A DNA stretch of 64,000 bases from Mobula hypostoma. Lineage: Eukaryota. The notes beneath the pieces were generated by a model that was not told the DNA's origin, made no database searches, and worked only from the letters and a program-made list of their open reading frames with translations. Shown here piece by piece: positions 62,791 through 64,000 of this stretch (position 1 is the first letter of the stretch; the number at the start of each line of letters is the position of its first letter). The DNA lies in contig NC_086109.1 in the NCBI RefSeq assembly GCF_963921235.1, positions 32,242,001 to 32,306,000 of the forward strand. The letters are read 5' to 3'. The translations under genes were made by a program, and so were the position numbers.

Positions 62791-64000
62791 TGGAATCCCT
62801 CCCCTAAACACAAAACCATCCATAACACCAATTTGTTAGAATATCTGATGTTATCGGCACAAATAAATTCATTGTGGTAAATTATAAGGGCTTTAATTCA
62901 TTTTCATATTTCTCCAGCAGATGAAGAGTATCCCAATTTCATTTTATGGAGACTGACGCAATAATGGTTTGTACTATAATTATTAATTGATATTCCATTT
63001 ATTTGTAAGGTCTCACTTTCAAAGATGATAATCAGATCTCATCAAGAGTTAAAATTAAACCAAACTGGACTGAACGTAAGCAATGAATAAAAATACAATT
63101 GCTCTATATAAAAGAACAATAACAGTACAAGCGATCCTCTGCTTTAAAAGGGTGTGCTTTCTTAGGAACCTATCTGTATCATGACTTTCCATAACAGAAA
63201 CCCTTATTTCTCACTGAACCTATGTTATGTGGAGATATATTACAACACGATATTTTTGTTTCAACAATAATGACCCCACTGCTGCACAATATACACACAC
63301 AAGGGAATTCTGAAAATGGAAACTTCTGTAGTGCTTATTTCAAGATACACTTCAATAAATATCATTATATTAAAAACACCGCAGCTGTTCCTCTGGTCGA
63401 GGAGCTGCACACATGGCAACCCACCCGTATAGTAATAGGGAATCAACTGGATTATTTCAAATTTAATAAATTGAGATTTATTTTATATTACAAAATACTT
63501 CCAAGGCAAGATCTATGGGAAAAAATGTAGGAGGTAGAAAATAAAATCCAAATTCCTGATCAGCTGTCTATAAACAAGCTATTTGAGATACTGTCATTGA
63601 AATATAAGATTTACATCAATAAGCAAACCAAAGTACAACAGCTACTAAAATCAGACTTAAACAGCAAAAAAAAAACTGCAGTCAACTGACTGATACTAGA
63701 TCAAAACAGATCAACTGAAACTTACATTGTCACTTCCATGCAAACATTAGCAGATTAAAGGCCCTTGAAAATTACTTCAATGGTTGATTGACATCCTAGT
63801 ATCAATAGTCACATAATTCTCATTAAAAGTCTCAAGCCGCATTTGCATGAAAACTAAAAAAGATGCAACCATAACAAAACTAAGGATAAGCAGCTAGAAC
63901 AATTCAGAGGAAATCCAAGTTGTAGTTTTAAATTAAAGCATCAACAGGAAGGGGTGGCTTTGTCTGTTTCCAATGCAAATGTATTAAGTTTATCTTCAAT

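Noticed and set aside
39136..64000. Upstream BRPF3 exon(s) (PZP domain) in this interval
   Set aside because: I found no PHD or zinc-knuckle coding sequence. The ORFs here are transposon remnants or have no recognisable similarity, so I treat it as one intron of more than 24.8 kb.
1..64000. CRISPR arrays, rRNA, true tRNA genes, prokaryotic operons
   Set aside because: None seen. The tRNA-like A and B boxes belong to SINE heads.

Overview
Eukaryotic, AT-rich, intron-dominated vertebrate DNA. The repeat landscape (CR1 and Rex1/Babar LINEs, Penelope-like elements, V-SINEs) suggests a cartilaginous fish, probably a ray (inference). The only host gene I can support is the 3' part of a BRPF-family chromatin scaffold gene, most like BRPF3, on the minus strand. 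It has 11 coding exons from 39135 down to the TGA at 14028-14030. All have GT-AG boundaries and consistent phases (2179 nt, about 725 aa: EPC-II region, bromodomain, linker, PWWP). The large 5' coding exon was not found and presumably lies beyond 64000. Most other recognisable sequence is transposon-derived, often nested, with junctions readable at base level. This includes a full-length dead Tc1 IR/DR element, an internally deleted Tigger/pogo, two Charlie/Buster hAT copies, a TIR element with a 6-bp TSD, a non-autonomous Helitron, a solo LTR and inverted Penelope-like inserts with minimal hammerhead ribozyme motifs. There is also a structured 318-bp tandem repeat with telomere-like motifs. 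I cannot demonstrate a wholly new biological system. The best leads are the intact hammerhead core lying sense in a BRPF3 intron and its family of mini fold-back elements, the structured repeat, the Helitron with STPR-like repeats, and the 6-bp-TSD element.
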